NCBI GenBank assembly: GCA_965153455.1
Contig: OZ234494.1
Coordinates: 4,092,001-4,156,000 of the forward strand
Source of the DNA: Sphagnum compactum
Taxonomy: Eukaryota
Reading direction: 5' to 3'
Length of the DNA stretch: 64,000 nt
The position numbers and the translations under genes were made by a program. Position 1 is the first letter of the stretch. Each line of letters opens with the position of its first letter. Of this stretch, positions 1 to 14,134 are shown in pieces. The notes under the pieces are model-generated. The model saw only the letters and a program-made list of their open reading frames with translations. It did no database searches and had not been told where the DNA came from.

Positions 1-200
1 TCGACTTGCAGTGCAAAAAAGTTCTTGAATATTAAATGATTTCTTCACTGAAAATTAAATTAGATTGTAGCTGAAAATTTTGGAAGAATTGGAATGTGCC
101 TTTGGTGTCGTTGGAAAGATCTTGATGAGCAAGATTTAATGGAATTTATTTGGAAAGATTTGGATTGAGAATGTGGGAGATATTGATTTTCAAGTGATTT
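1..200 (+). repeat. Dispersed repeat copy (same family as 11597-12250)
   Basis: Shares the blocks ttggaaag..ctt.atgag and gagatattga.ttt..agt.attt with the copies at 11597-12250; no coding potential. Confidence 0.5.
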
Positions 201-659
201 ATGAACATTCTCAAATATATTTCACCATGCAAAAATATAATCTTCAAAAAATCCTCTAAAAGAAACCAAAACCCTTCAAGGTATTATAACTCTATAACTA
301 AATCTCACAACCCAAAATCTCAATTTTTCGGAAATCCTCATATGTATAAAAAATATACCTATTATTATTATCTAGGGGGGCCAAAATGCCTTAAGCTACT
401 ATACTCTATAATAAATCTAAACACAATATCCTTGCCTTGGTAGTAGGCAAGACCAACAAAAAGCCAAAAAACTAATTAAATGACACTAACAAATAAGTAC
501 AACTAGTAAACTTACATACAAAGACATCGGGCAATAATGGCTATCTTCAAAATTAAAAGTACTGGGCTAAATTGGCTTTTGGCCCAGTATTTTCTGCATC
601 TGTAAGAGCATTTCAAGCATGGCGTAATTTCACATGCAAATTAGGTCAGAGTCTCTAAT

Positions 660-879
660 GGTGTCATTCACACTTGATGTTAAATCAATGTTAATTGAAA
701 ATCTAGGTGGCATCCTAGGTGGCACCCAATGTTAAATGGGGTCATAGCTTAATGTTAAGTGAATGTTAGTTTAACATAAAATCTTCACCATGAGTAGTAA
801 AGTTTAATTCTTAAATGACTAGTATGGTGTTAAGGAACTCAACACTAGAGTCCCTAACATCATCAAGTGTGAATGCACC
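660..879 (+). mobile_element. ~220 bp MITE, copy 1
   Basis: Terminal inverted repeats ggtgtcattcacacttgatg ... catcaagtgtgaatgcacc with an AT-rich non-coding interior. Confidence 0.75.
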
Positions 880-908
880 TTAAGTGAAATACGTAAATAC
901 CTAGTAAA

Positions 909-1139
909 GGTGCGTTTGCACTTGGTGTTTAAGGACTCTAGTGTTGAGTCCCCTAACATCATCATGTTAGTCATTTAGAACTTAAAACTAGGTACCATAA
1001 ATGATAATTTTATGTTAAGCTAACATTCACTTAACATAAATTAAGCTATCACCTATTTAACATTGCATATATGCCACATAGGGTGCCACCTAGATTTTTC
1101 ATTTAATAACACTGACTTAACATCAAGTGTGAATGCACC
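909..1139 (-). mobile_element. ~230 bp MITE, copy 2, inverted relative to copy 1
   Basis: TIRs ggtgcgtttgcacttggtg ... catcaagtgtgaatgcacc. The interior is a diverged reverse complement of 660-879 (ctcaacactagagtcc vs ggactctagtgttgag; aaaatctaggtggca vs tgccacctagatttt). Confidence 0.75.
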
Positions 1140-1562
1140 ACCATAAGTAGCCTCTAGTTGAAGTGAGAGCATCAAATTTCTTTCTGAAGGAAGTACACTA
1201 ACAATGAATATGAAGCATGTTCTCCATAAGGGCCTTTCAAAACTAATGAATCAACAAAGTGTACAACTTTCTGCAATTCAAGTTTTAACTCATCATTGTT
1301 TCTTCTCTCCAGAAAGAGCTACTTTTTTTGGGTCCCCATGAAAAGCTTGTTCCTTCTGTTTTAACCCCTGACTAGATCAACTTTACCTACCTAGGGTTTA
1401 GGGTTTAGGGTACAATAAGCTTTAGCAGAACATAATGGGGAAGGTTCAAAAGGAGAAGGTGCCAGGGTCACAAAATGATGTTTGCATTTATGCTTGTGCA
1501 GTGTACCTACTAGATACCATAATAATAGATAGTACCATGGCAGGTTCAATATTTCAGTGTCC

Positions 1563-1611
<49 letters not shown>

Positions 1612-2114
1612 ATATTTTATTTTGAAGAATCCATGTCTTTAAATATAATATTCCAGAATATTCCAAATTGTTATCTATATTCAATCACAATTTATTTTTT
1701 CTTTGAATAATAACATTTTCCAAAAATAATCTGCATTTCTGAAAATAATACAATTAGTGTAAAAGCAAGCTGCCAAGTAGTGTTTTTGGTTTTCCACAAA
1801 TTTTTGTCTATTTTTCAACCAGAAATTTGGGAACTTTTGGGAATTTTTCGAAAATTATAAACTAAACTAATTTTGCCTTTGGGGGGGGGGGGGGGGGTGT
1901 GGGGGGGAGAAATTAGTCAAAAAAATTATTTTGCAAAATTGAAAAAGAAAAGAAAATAAAAAACCCCCCTGATGCCAAGGTACTACAGTATAATAACAAG
2001 AAAACATATGTGGAGAATTGAGATGCGACATTTGTAGAATTAAAAATAAATAAAAATATTTTGGGAATTAATATTTGCTGATTAAAAAATAATAATTGCT
2101 AGATTGCATTCTAC

Positions 2115-2250
2115 ATTTTACATTTCCAGTATGTGGCACAAAATATAGAAGGATGCTTAAATCTGTTTTACTGTTATAAGTTGTTTATAACAACCAGATT
2201 TGTCTTAATCCTATTATGGGTGATCACCACTTGAGCTATATCACAAAATT

Positions 2251-2304
<54 letters not shown>
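2115..2304 (+). repeat. A-tailed SINE-like dispersed repeat, copy with ~52 nt poly(A)
   Basis: Core aaatatagaaggatg ... tgatcaccacttgagctatatcacaaaattg followed by poly(A) at 2253-2304; homologous to 7555-7822, 12440-12685 and (reverse) 45085-45345. Confidence 0.6.
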
Positions 2305-2305
<1 letters not shown>

Positions 2306-3369
2306 ACCCATCGAAAAATAGAAACTATAGGATGGATGGATGATGGATGATCTCAGTTTGAATTTGCAATCATGTACTCCTAGTGCTTTCAATGAGTCTG
2401 AAGGTCCCAAAAAAATCTTGATGAAATCACTTGTCATCAATTTTGTCCTCGACAAAATCCTTCTCGGGATTTCGAACGTTTTGCTAAAATATTGCAATGT
2501 TCCTGACTGAATACATACATAATAGACAAACAAATAAAGACATTTTCATGTTTCTTTCCCTTGCTTGCATGTTAGTTTTCACATTGACAAAAATGAATAA
2601 TTAATTTTTAAAAATAAAATTAATTATTTTTTTCAAATTTGAAATTATTATTATTATTATTATTTCCATGATCTACTATGATATTGTCATATGAGTGATA
2701 AAATTATTTAGAGTGTAACTTATCATAATTATGATGATTTTCAACATGTCAACTTCATATTTTCACACAAATTCGTTTCATTCTTTTGACGATTATTTAA
2801 TGATGAAATTGACCATAGGGTAAGGTATATACGGTGAAAGGCTATTTAAATTTCCCAACCTGGTCCAATCATTGTGTTTGGGTCAATTAGAAATGGTCAC
2901 TTGTTTTTACGGGGCTTTTTGGAGATCGTTGTATTGTGTAAAAAATTATAGCTTCAAATTTCAAACCTTTTTTCACACTATTTGAAGGTTGTATTCCTCC
3001 AAAATATAACGTATGTTCTACTTGTGAAATTGCCATGGACTTGCTTTTAGTGTGTCTTCACTATTAGAACAATGAAACGATTGACATTTGTAATGTGCAT
3101 TAGAATGATGGCTAGTCCTTATAATGTTTCATCTTGTAATCTGCTTGTAATCATGGAGCTATTGCTCTAACACTTGATTCATAGTTTAGCGATGATTAAC
3201 GACAACAAAGAAGATCAATTTGCCTTTGATCTAATAATATAGGCAAATGTTGAGGTCCACAATAGACAACACAATAGGCCAAGGTGATGATGACACATAG
3301 GAAGAATTTAAAAGCTAGGAGATTTACGAATCCAACACAATTACTTTGTATATTGTCCTGTTTATGACA

Positions 3370-4331
3370 ATCAACTATTTCACAAACATTATAGAATGTG
3401 TTGTTTGTTTGTTTCTTTGCATAATGTAATTTGTATGCAATCATGATTCTTATTTTGTCTAAAATCATGATGATTATATGATAAATTGTTGGTGTACCTA
3501 CATTGCAAAAATGCATAATGACGATTTAGATGATGGCTAATGGGCTAACAACAAATGCATTGGACAAGTTTTGTAGGCTACCATAATCAATGACCATGGA
3601 GAGTTTAGAACATTTTGTGAGAACAATTTGGGAGCTTTTCAAACCAACCTACTTGCGGCAACAAACATGCACTAATTTGGAACAATAGCTGGAAATCAAA
3701 ACAATAAGAAAGTTTCCCAAGATGTTTGCCTTGATTACAATCACTACCATTGAACAAATCATCATGTAGCATGGTAAGGCCAATTCATTAATGAAAACAA
3801 AAACAAATCTATTATCTTAGAGGATGTCATAAATCAAAGACATTGGATATGACATTGCATTTTGGTCTTCTTTAATTTAATAATGATACCAATGTTTTGG
3901 ACAAATCATTCTTAGTTGTTGATTTGTTGAGGGGCAAAAGTAATGACCTCAAGGCTTTTTGTGGTCAATGGTTTGTTGATCATCAACATTATCTATTCAT
4001 TAACAAATTCTACCCCAAGTGATTGATTTTTGTGGAAACAATTCATGAACCATAAGGGGAGAAACACCTATTCTTTGTAGTTGTTCAAAAGACAATATGC
4101 AAAGATGATGAAAGGTGCTTCAAAGTGTTACAATCACAATTTGCAATTGTGCAAAATCCAACTGAGCAACAAAAAAGAAATGTCATTTCAAACATTTTTC
4201 ATGCTTGTGTGATTGTTCAAAACACAATTACAATGGATGAAGACATTATGGACTTGGAGCCATGTTTTTCCAAAGGTAGTTGTTCATTTAGATGCATGCT
4301 ATCATTTGAAGATATTTTACAATGCATATAA
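3370..4331 (+). pseudogene. Decayed PIF/Harbinger-type (Plant_tran-like) transposase
   Basis: Stop- and frameshift-broken translation includes ...TMESLEHFVRTIWELFKPTYLRQ... KSIILE... NNDTNVLDKS... KDDERCFKVLQSQFAIVQNP, matching the Harbinger nuclease motifs NNDINVL and KDVERAFGVLQ. Confidence 0.75.
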
Positions 4332-7049
4332 AAAATTGAAGATATAGACTCTAAAAGGCAACAATCATTTTGATTGAATAAAATTGCTCACAATTTGCTT
4401 TAACCTATTGCATTTATTTAATCAACTTTTGTTTTATTCTATTGAAGTATGTGAATCAATTACTACAATCAAATTATTTATGTGGATTTTTCATTAGTGT
4501 TAATAGTGGTGCTCATTAGAGTCAACATTGCCCACCAAATAATTTATAGCTTCGAATATCGTAGTTATGAAATATATAAAAATGTTTGTTGTTACTATGT
4601 CATGGTTGTTGTTCCTATTGTTATTCTCATGTTATTTATTGTTACCATCATTGCCCATGTTCACATGTCTTCACACTCTTGTAACTTGCAAGGGTAGATG
4701 ATGGTCAATGTATATTGTGTGAAAATAAAAGGCAAATCTATAAAGGTTTTTTTTGCTTGAGTTCATTAGTCAAATATTGTGTAATGCAAGGGTGCGGTTC
4801 ATAAAACAAGCTGATAAAATGGCTAACATTACAATTTACCATTTTATGAACATTTACAACGAACGGGGGAAATGTTTTTATACCACAATCGCATGATTTC
4901 ATAGTCTTTGTTGCAACCCTTCCTTTGAGGTTGCAATAATAAGCAAGAACACAAATGGACCCAAATAAAAATAAAGTGAATGCATGACTTCAAATGAATC
5001 AATTTTTACTGAGGCTTCAAACAAAGCACCATAATGTCAATAAAGATATTGATCGACCTTTTTTTTAAATAGGGGAAAATATCACAACCCTAACTTGGGT
5101 GCATGATCAATTCCCAAGATGAGGAATAAAGTGCCTTTCCCATGACGAAAAGGAGTGAAATGCTTCCAAGTGGGTGGGCCAAATGGTGTATTTACATTGT
5201 TAAAATTTCCATATTTATGGACGGGATTTTGAGACAAATAACACTTTATGTTGGATGTGGCAAACATCGATAGAGGCCCCTATAGGAGGGGGTGGAGATG
5301 ATCCTATTGTTTGGATGGTGGAATCATTAAGGGAATTAATGTCTTTGACTAAATGAAGGTGTAATGTATCTAACAACATTGTTATGTTGATTTAGATTGT
5401 GCTTCAAGTGCAACCTTACAATCTTTCTCAAGCTTGTGTTATACAACCTATGCATCTTTTGTACTTTAATTAAACATAATTTTTTAAGGATTGTGCACAC
5501 CTTGTGTTGTGAAATGCTAAATAACACTACTAATATTTAATCATGACATCATATGATTATTTAACATATCAAATGTTAGCTATTATTATGGATGTTATTC
5601 AACATCGTCATGTCCATTCACAATTGATGTCACAATTGTCATGACTAATATATGATGGTAAAAATAAACATTAATATATTACTAAGAAGTGTTCATAACA
5701 TCTTTTTCATGTTATGTCTCTTCCTTATCTTTTGTGCCTCCCTCTCCGTGCCATCTTTTTCTTTGCATGTGTTTGTAATTGTGTTTATTTTTTACAGTTA
5801 TGTTTCAAAATTAGAAAATGACATTGTGACGATTTTGTTTTTCCCTAGAAAAAAGATTGATAGTCCAATTACTTCATCACCTCCATCAAGTACACGCATG
5901 GTTTCTTCATTGTTCTTGGGTTTTTTTTAATCTAATTTTTCTTATCAAATGAAAATGAACCAAAGGATAAGTTGATTATATCATTAGGAGTGGAAGATTT
6001 TACAAATGAAGTTTTATAAAGATCTATTTCTTATAACAAAACCATGAATATTGTCCATGTGACATTTCCTCAAGGGATAATATTATATATTACCAATATA
6101 TATGTTTTAAACTTTAACTCCTATGCTAATTGAAAAACTAGACATATACATTGCCCTCTCCCCCTATTTGGATGTGAACATTGTACCTAGTAAATTGGTT
6201 GACAAAATTGACATGCATTGAAGGTGTAAGGATCATTTGTGGTCTAATTCTATTTTCAAAACAGTTTTCAACATTATCATTTCAAATTTGGACAAATTAT
6301 AAAGATTTTTTTTGGGTTAAATTTGAATAATCTTTTTACGGTAGTTGCTGATGAAGAACAAAAACATTGTCACCATATTTTTAAAAAATAAATTGAAAAA
6401 AGATTATAACATGTTTTATTCTAAATGTTCATCCACACATAAGGTGAAGGTTTAAATAAAATATAGGGATTGACATTGTTAAATTACCCCTATTCAATCA
6501 TTTCCCAAAAAATTACCAAATTTGTAACTTAATAATTTCACATATGTGTTCACACCTAATGTTAGGTCAACTTGATTAAGCTTAAGAATTTTTAATATAT
6601 TCCATTATTTCCATACATGGATCTAGTGTTATCACAATGTTTGTCAATAATTCATCACTTTTATGATGAGTCTTGTCTTCCAATGTTGTAGTCATCTACA
6701 ATTTTTTTAATCATTGTGATTGGTGTCCACTTTGATTTTTATGATTCATTTTGTTGTTCATTTTGAAATTCTTTTTTTTTTCACCATGTTGTCAAGTTGC
6801 ACATTAGGGCTAATCATGAGGATATTGCCTTCTTGATAAAACTCGTGTTATTATTTTGAACATCATAAATGGTTTATACTGCGATGTTCAAATTTTTCTT
6901 GCAAATTTTGATTTATATATTTTTTGTTGCAACTAACATGTAGTTTTTTTACAATTAAAAAAAAATCCTCATAACCATAAAGTAGCTTATATCCTAGGGA
7001 TCTTAATAATATCCAAAATTAAACAATGGGTTAAACCAAGGTGGATTGT

Positions 7050-7530
7050 ATAATTTTTTATCTTTTCAATAATTGAATACAATTTGATGAATATTGGCTC
7101 AAAACTTTTCACATGACCAAGTTCATATAATGTTCAATGTGGCTTATCAATTGATGCATTTGAATAAAAAACAAGATATAAGATATGGGTTTACATTGGT
7201 TGTGGAAGTTTGTGTAGTCTATGCCATATACATATTAACATAAGGTGCAAAACATGTTAAAATGCAATGAACTTTTTGATACAAGTAGATCCATGGTTTT
7301 CTTTATCATTTGAAAGGTGATAAAGTAGTCAATGTGGTTTTCCAAAAATGATTATGTGGTTCATTGGTAAAAAAAATGGAAGTAATCATGTCTAGAGATA
7401 CAAGAGCTTTTATGGTCTTTTAAACATCCAAAAGGCCATAGATGGAATTCATTTTCCAATAGTTAAACCATTAAGTCCATTCAATCAAGATTAGTGATGT
7501 CAAAAAAGTTGCCAATATAATGTGGTTTGT
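7050..7530 (+). pseudogene. Fragment of HARBI1/DDE_Tnp_4-like transposase
   Basis: Broken reading ...NIQKAIDGIHFPIVKP... resembles the GAIDGTHI motif; interrupted by the repeat at ~7555. Confidence 0.5.
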
Positions 7531-7554
7531 TGAAATATATTTAACAACATTTTT

Positions 7555-7822
7555 GGGGTGAAATTTCACCAAATCTCAACCTAAAAGATATGATTGGCAC
7601 CTATACAAAGGATGTTCCATGGAAAACATAGCCCAAATTTGCTAGATTTTTAATTTTTTTTTCCAAATCATTAGATTTGATAATAAGTTCTAGTAGGTGG
7701 CCAAGAATATAGAATTTTTATTGTTTATTTTCTATTTTCATGTTTAATATGCAACCAAATTTGGTTAAATTGTCTTATGGTTGATTGCTACCTGAGCTAA
7801 AGCACAAAATTCAAAAATAAAA
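7555..7822 (+). repeat. A-tailed SINE-like dispersed repeat copy
   Basis: Shares ccaaatttggttaaatt..cttatgg.tgattgc.ac.tgagcta..cacaaaatt plus an A-rich end with the other copies. Confidence 0.6.
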
Positions 7823-9496
7823 AATTGGTACTTATTGATAGAAATCAAATTTTTGACCTTTAATTTACATGTATCTTAAAAAACGTGAACATTTGTCCTT
7901 TGTGTACATCCTTCCAATAATGTGCATGTGAATTCATACATTGTTTGAACCATTTTGTTTTCGCATGTTAATTTTGGTGGTTTTCATTTAAAGCTATTCA
8001 ACATGTTTTTAAAATATTTTTTTTCATTAGGAAAAAATGCTCTTGAATTTTGAGGTTTGTCATTTGAATCTTATGTATGGATGCCACAAATCATTTCATT
8101 ACATTTTGACAATAGTAAGAAATGTGGTTCAATTCATCACATATTTCATTGGGTTCTCCAATGAAATAAGACTCATTTTGATGCATTGGAATCAATCCCC
8201 CACTTACAAAGATTGGGGACCAATTGCTACAAACAAGGTGAAGGTGCATAGTTCATTTAAGTGAGTTTAGGGCCATTGTCCTTGGACCTTGTTCATAACA
8301 AATGACTTGACCTAACTTGATTCCATTATTTTCAAAAGTTGCATGTCCAATAATATACGGTTCCTTCTTCAAAACATTAACTAAAGAATTTGAATTCCAT
8401 AACATTTAACTTTGTCGAAAAATCATCTTTCTTCGCATCTATTAAAGCCCTAAGCTTACATGGTTCTTCAAATTTTTGTTGCACGTCAAATTTGAAGCAA
8501 GTACTTGAATGACTTGCCCATTGTTTTAAACACTCATAGAAATTATCCTATTAGTGTTCTATGACCTATTAGTGGTGGCCACACATTTTCATTTCCGTTC
8601 TTTTAAACATTTATCATGATGTAAGATTTGTTGCTATGTAGAATTGATGTAATAAATGAATGCAAAGGTTGGCATACAACTTGTTTTCAATGGAAAAAAA
8701 TTCACTCAAATATGTGTTTCCTCTAATCATTTCAAAGACTAGTATCGTACAATACTAGAGCAATATATTTACAAGCCATATAGTAGTAGAGTCATCCATA
8801 GTGTAGTGTAGATAGAATGTGGAAGGAATGATGAGTGCAGGTGAACACGATGATGAAATGCAAATTGAATGTGGTGACGGTGAAATAATGAGGCAAGCCT
8901 CAAGGACGGTGGTTATTCATTTGACTTCAAACTTGGTTCACCATTGATGTCATGAGACATTTGGGTCCTAATGGTTTCACAATAGAAGTTATGTTGCAGT
9001 TGTGTGAGGGTTCTGGTGCTGTGTTTTCCTTACTTTACGGATAACTCCATTGCTGCATGTTTTTGCAGACCCAACAAGTGACATGTGCATTTGAAACATC
9101 AAGTGTATTCAGTATCAGAGAACATCTCCATATTCTTTATCAAATTCCGAATGCTGAAAACTCATGATATTGTACCCAAAGCAATGCTCAAAGCTTGTTT
9201 TTTCATGATTGCATTAGATGGTTAATGCCACCATCATCCCCTTTCAGTCATTTTGTCGGTGTGAAAATTTCCCCAAAATTTGAAAAACTTCAAAACTTTT
9301 TGCCAACATTTAACTCAGATTTTGTTTTGGTAGCATCTTTTCTTAAATGGTTTTTTATTTAAGACATATGCTAGTAACTTGTTGTCATATACTACTAAAT
9401 GCTTCTTGGGATGCTCATGTTGCTAGATTCCTCAATTGGGTTTAGGGCTCACTACTAATGCAACAGCAGAAAATTGTTCACAAATTTATAAAATAA

Positions 9497-9527
<31 letters not shown>

Positions 9528-11596
9528 AAAGAAAAAAAAAGACCCTTTTGCAACAAAATTCACTAAAGAATCATATTGGGGCTCTCCTCATTGAATGTGT
9601 CATGGATCCTTAGGTTATACCACACTACTGGTATGATGGTTATCTAAATGCTTATTCTGCCTATTTTGTCAGAAAATGTTTTTACTAGCTCTCAGTAGTT
9701 ATTATTAGTATTATTTATCACACCCAGCATGCACTGTTTTGGTCAGAAAGTGAGGATTACTATAGCACAAGAGATGGAGATGATGATGAATGAATACTTG
9801 CCTCTTCTTTGGAGCCTGACAAGGTTGGACTTTGATTGTTGCAATTTGATCTAGTTGCTTTGAATCAATGCTTCAGTGAAAAAGTCTGTTTCCAACAATT
9901 GGGTCTCAAAAACAAGTAGAAGAAGAAGAAGAAGAAGAAGTAGTAGTAGTAGTAGTAGGAGTGGGAGTAGTAGTAGTAGTTGTTGTAATAGAAGAGTATT
10001 ACAATGCAACAAGCTTACATTGTTCATTTTTTTCTCAACTTTCCATTCCTTTTGCAGGAGTGTATTTACAGCCCAGAATCTGATGACCTTGTATGGTTGC
10101 TTTTTTTCTTCTTTTTTTTTTGGTAATCAACCAACACTCAGTGAAAAGCTTGTTGTGTAGATTTAGGCCGAGCATTAGTGATGCATGTACATACGGCAAT
10201 GCAAAAAGCTCGAGGAGTAGGGTATTTTACAAACCTTCCACTCCTTTTTCTATTCTCGATGAAGTTAATAATCACCGACTTTCCAGTTTTTCCAGGCAAC
10301 ATTTTAAACCCCAGATCATGATTGTACTTGTGAAATGCAAATTCAACATTGACCATATAAAGCATAGATAGGGTCCTTCCCAAACCAGCACACACACTGG
10401 TACATTCGCATCTTTGAGTGAGGCCTCTTAGTTGCCATAGTAAGCTCAAAATATGTAAATTTAGTATAGGAGAAGGGCCTGAGTACAGGCTCTTCCGTGA
10501 TTTGAGATCTGTGCCTGAGGCCGGTAAGAGAGCTGAAAATACAAAGGAAAAATCCAGGCAGTTCTTTATGACTATGTAATCACTTTGTCAAGTCATGATT
10601 TAGACTAGACGATTAGACTATTTTGATTAGATAAGATTTAGACTATGTAATCACTTTGTCAAGTATTGATTTAGACTATGTAATCAATTTGTCAAGGACG
10701 CAATGACTAGCAAAAGTGATTACACATTCTAAATCTTGTTGTGGATTTGTTAGATTGCTTCATTGGTGTTCATGGCACAATTTTTCACTATTGGTAATTG
10801 GCTAGATTATGTAATTTGTCCACTTGCTGTGTTAATCATGGTTTCTCACTTTTTAAAGTCACACTTACAAGTTTATGAACAAGGCTTGGGATATGTAAAT
10901 AAATAATAATTGATGTGAAAAATATTAATGTAGACTTAAATACGTAGTATGAGTGGGGATGCTCTAAACGTATGATATTTTTAACATTTAAATAGAGGTC
11001 CTTAGTTGTAAGGTAGATAGGTTTTGGTTCCCCCAAACACCTTCATTTGTTCTCTCTTTTTAAAAAATGAAGTCCTTAGATGTGTTTATTGCCAAAAAAT
11101 ATAAACATAAAATCATGAACCTTAAATTATGCAAAATGTGTATGAATAATGAAGAGCTGCCAGAAAAAAAAGGGAAAGAAAAGAGCATAAAATGAAAACC
11201 CAAGTTTGGTAACTGGGAGTGGTCCAGGAAACTATCATCACAAAGCTATTGCAGTTCTAAGGTGTGTCACAGTTTATGATACCATACCAATGGATAGTAT
11301 ACAGGTTCAACTTGAACTTTGTATCTGTATTGATAAACACAATGGAAGGAATTTTGATTTCACTCCAATTAACTGTTAGGAGCTCAATTGTTTAGAAATC
11401 TGATAGGGTCAGCTCAAAAAAATTTCTTTTTTTGCAACCCATCCTTTTGACATTCACAATTGTTCAAAAATTCGGCATGCATAAACTATAAACCCTAACC
11501 TCCTAAAGAGGTCAGCTCAAAACTTTCATGTTTTCCAATCCATGCATTTGACAATTATTGACAACGAACATAAATGACATCTATATATTAAGGAAG

Positions 11597-12250
11597 GTTG
11601 TTTGTTCGTTTTGTTTGTTTGTTTGTCATGTTTAGATCTCCCAAACCATTGCGCTCTTAGTCCCATTGGAAAGCTTTCAATGAGTGAAAGTGTTTACTAA
11701 TTTTTTTTTTTGATGAGTGAGATTTCTTGGTGGCAAGTTTGTAGATTTTAGACCTAAAATGGAGAAGATATTGAATTTTGAGTAATTTTCATCACAAGAA
11801 ATCAATTTAATTTAATTTAATTTCCCCCCCCCCACAAATGGGGTCTATCATTAAGGCCATGTTCACACTTGGAATAGTTACATAATCATGTACAAAGTTG
11901 GGCCAATGACACAAGTCACCCTAGTGTCAAATTTATTCTTAAAAAAAACAGTTTGTTTGTTGTGTTTGTCATGTTGAGATCTCCCAAACCATAAGGCCCC
12001 AATGCCATGATTTTGGTACTGTTGGAAAAGCCCTCAATAAGTAGGGGTGCATCAAGATGATTTTGTAATGTTTAAATGAATTCAATAAAATCAAAACTGA
12101 AGCTTTTAGAGAAATTGGGGGAGTGTTCTTGATATTCTTGGAGAGCCATCAATGAGTTGGTTTTTGTGGAGGTGATTTCATAAATTTTTAGACCGTGTGC
12201 ACAAGAGACATTGAGTTTTGAGTAAAATTTTTTTCATTGAGAATTGCATA
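11597..12250 (+). repeat. Two tandem copies of a dispersed repeat
   Basis: Both units (starting ~11597 and ~11951) begin gtttgtttg...tgtcatgtt.agatctcccaaaccat and contain ttggaaag and ttttagacc...gatattga.ttttgagtaa. Confidence 0.65.
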
Positions 12251-12439
12251 AATATTCATAATTCAAATTTTAATCAAAATTGGATTTCAGACTTAGGCTA
12301 AAGAAGGTTTACCATTTTCCCTTCCAAAATTGATTCAATTGCTGCATTGGCATAAACTAGCTTAGCATGGATGAATCCTGGTCTTGCTTGTTGAATATCA
12401 TCCTTCTTTTTTCTTTTTTTCTCTTTGGGTGTGTTTTTG

Positions 12440-12685
12440 TCACTGTGTGTCAAAAAAAAATCCAATGTAACATGCACAAAGGATTCTCTGTAGAAAAATG
12501 CACCCCAAGTTGTCAGATTTTAAAGGAAAAAAATTCAGGAACAATGCTTAGACAGTAGGTTCCAGCAGGTTGCTGAAATATAAGTAGGGTTCTTAAATTT
12601 TCTACTTTCCTATTGCCAAAATTGGCTAATTCCTCTTGTGGATGATTGCCAGTGTGGCTATATCACAGAATGGGAAAAAAAGAAA
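12440..12685 (+). repeat. A-tailed SINE-like dispersed repeat copy
   Basis: acaaaggat..t.t..agaaaa ... ttggctaattcctcttgtggatgattgccagtgtggctatatcacagaat plus an A-rich end. Confidence 0.6.
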
Positions 12686-12881
12686 CCCGTGATGTTGCCC
12701 CCTTGTCTGCTGCAACAACACAAAAGCTCAGAAAACAATGTGAACTTTTGTACTTCCTTTGCTTCACATGAGATTGCAGTCCTCTTTCACTGTGTGTACA
12801 CGTCTACGACACCTCCTCTTGCAGCTAGCTAGCTAGCTAGCCAACTCTTACAGAATCCCCTGCAGTGCTAAGGATGTGATG

Positions 12882-13150
12882 AATTTGGATGAAGCAAAGT
12901 CAAAAGATGCCGGTTTGGCTCAGCGAAATGGTTTTGGCCCAGCATTTTTGGAAGACTTTGCTGAGCCCAGTGAAAGGCACAGTAAAGCGTAAGACCTCGA
13001 GAGAAGAGTACAAATAAATATGATCTAACTGCTGCTCTCTGTTTTTGATATGGCCGATGATAATGATTGGTTCAGGTGGTTTGGTATTAGTACTCTCTCC
13101 CACCTATTTGCAGTCCCAATTTTAGTTCTATGGGTGGCGTTGGGAAAAGG
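12882..13150 (+). repeat. ~270 bp dispersed repeat (second copy at 48454-48722)
   Basis: Colinear similarity with 48454-48722, including identical ataaatatgatctaactgctgctc and aaatggttttggcc.agcattttt. Confidence 0.8.
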
Positions 13151-14134
13151 TAAATAACTAAGCTTGAATGTGAGAAGTATCTTTGTAGGGTCACATACTG
13201 AGCACCACTGGGGATGCTCTTATTGGTTTCTTTTTTCTCAGTGAGAAAGTGGTGGCGGTAGGAGGATGATGAGGTCGGTGGAGGTACTATGATGAAGCTG
13301 ATGCTGCGGAGTTAAATGCTGCTGCAGAGTAGTTTAATGATTGTTGTGCTGAGAGAAGTGGAGGACGCACTCCAGTGATATAGAGGAATAGTAGCGTACT
13401 CGGAGCCTCAACAACGATGAGCATCAGCAGGTTTTCCCCGACTTCCTCTTTTCTCATTTTCCATGAATCCTTGACATTGTCCTTCTTTCTCAGTTCTGCA
13501 TTGTTGTTGTTGTTGTTTTTTCTTTTCTTTTCCCTCGCTTTGCTTCCTGCTCAAGCTCTTCATGGTTCACATTCCCATTTACAAATTTCACAAAAACAAA
13601 CTTGAGGAACTTCCGGTTTCCTCCCATTCACAAATTTCACAAAAAGACACTTGAGGTTTCGTCCAGTTTGCCTCCCACTCACAAATTTCACACAAAACTT
13701 GTTGGAACTTTCCAGTTTCCAGAACTTGGTTCAAATCCATCATTTCTCCATCTACAACAACACAGAAAAGAACTGCAATATTTCCATCACTTTATTTAAT
13801 TTTTTCCGTGGAATTTTTTTTCATGATCTGGGTTCTCTCTGCTTCCGAGCTTTTTTTTTTTGGCAGTCCAGAAATTTGTTTTCTTGGAGCTTCAATATCT
13901 CTCATAATTATTTGTTAGATTGTTTTTCTCTATTGCAGATTGGGTCTGAAGAAGACATGGTGAGATTGCAAACTCTAAAATGAGGTACTTCTTCTTTCAT
14001 GACCCTTTCTCGGTTCAGTCTAAAACCCTTTTATGGTCTGAGGGGTTTTGTATGCACCCAGGCATTCTACTATTTTTCTCTCTCAAAGTCTCCCAAGTTC
14101 TCTTTGGAATTGCCATCTCAGGAGTGAATCAAGC

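Noticed and set aside
1392-1410. Chromosome end or fusion site
   Set aside because: It is only 2-3 telomere units, and such short tracts recur throughout the window.
1565-1610. ORFs spanning the (TACA)n/(TA)n tract
   Set aside because: These are low-complexity translations derived from a microsatellite.
8820-10530. Possible small gene or exon fragments (AG/GT-bounded segments near 9068, 10058 and 10160)
   Set aside because: I could not assemble a consistent reading frame or recognise a product; the region also contains microsatellites.
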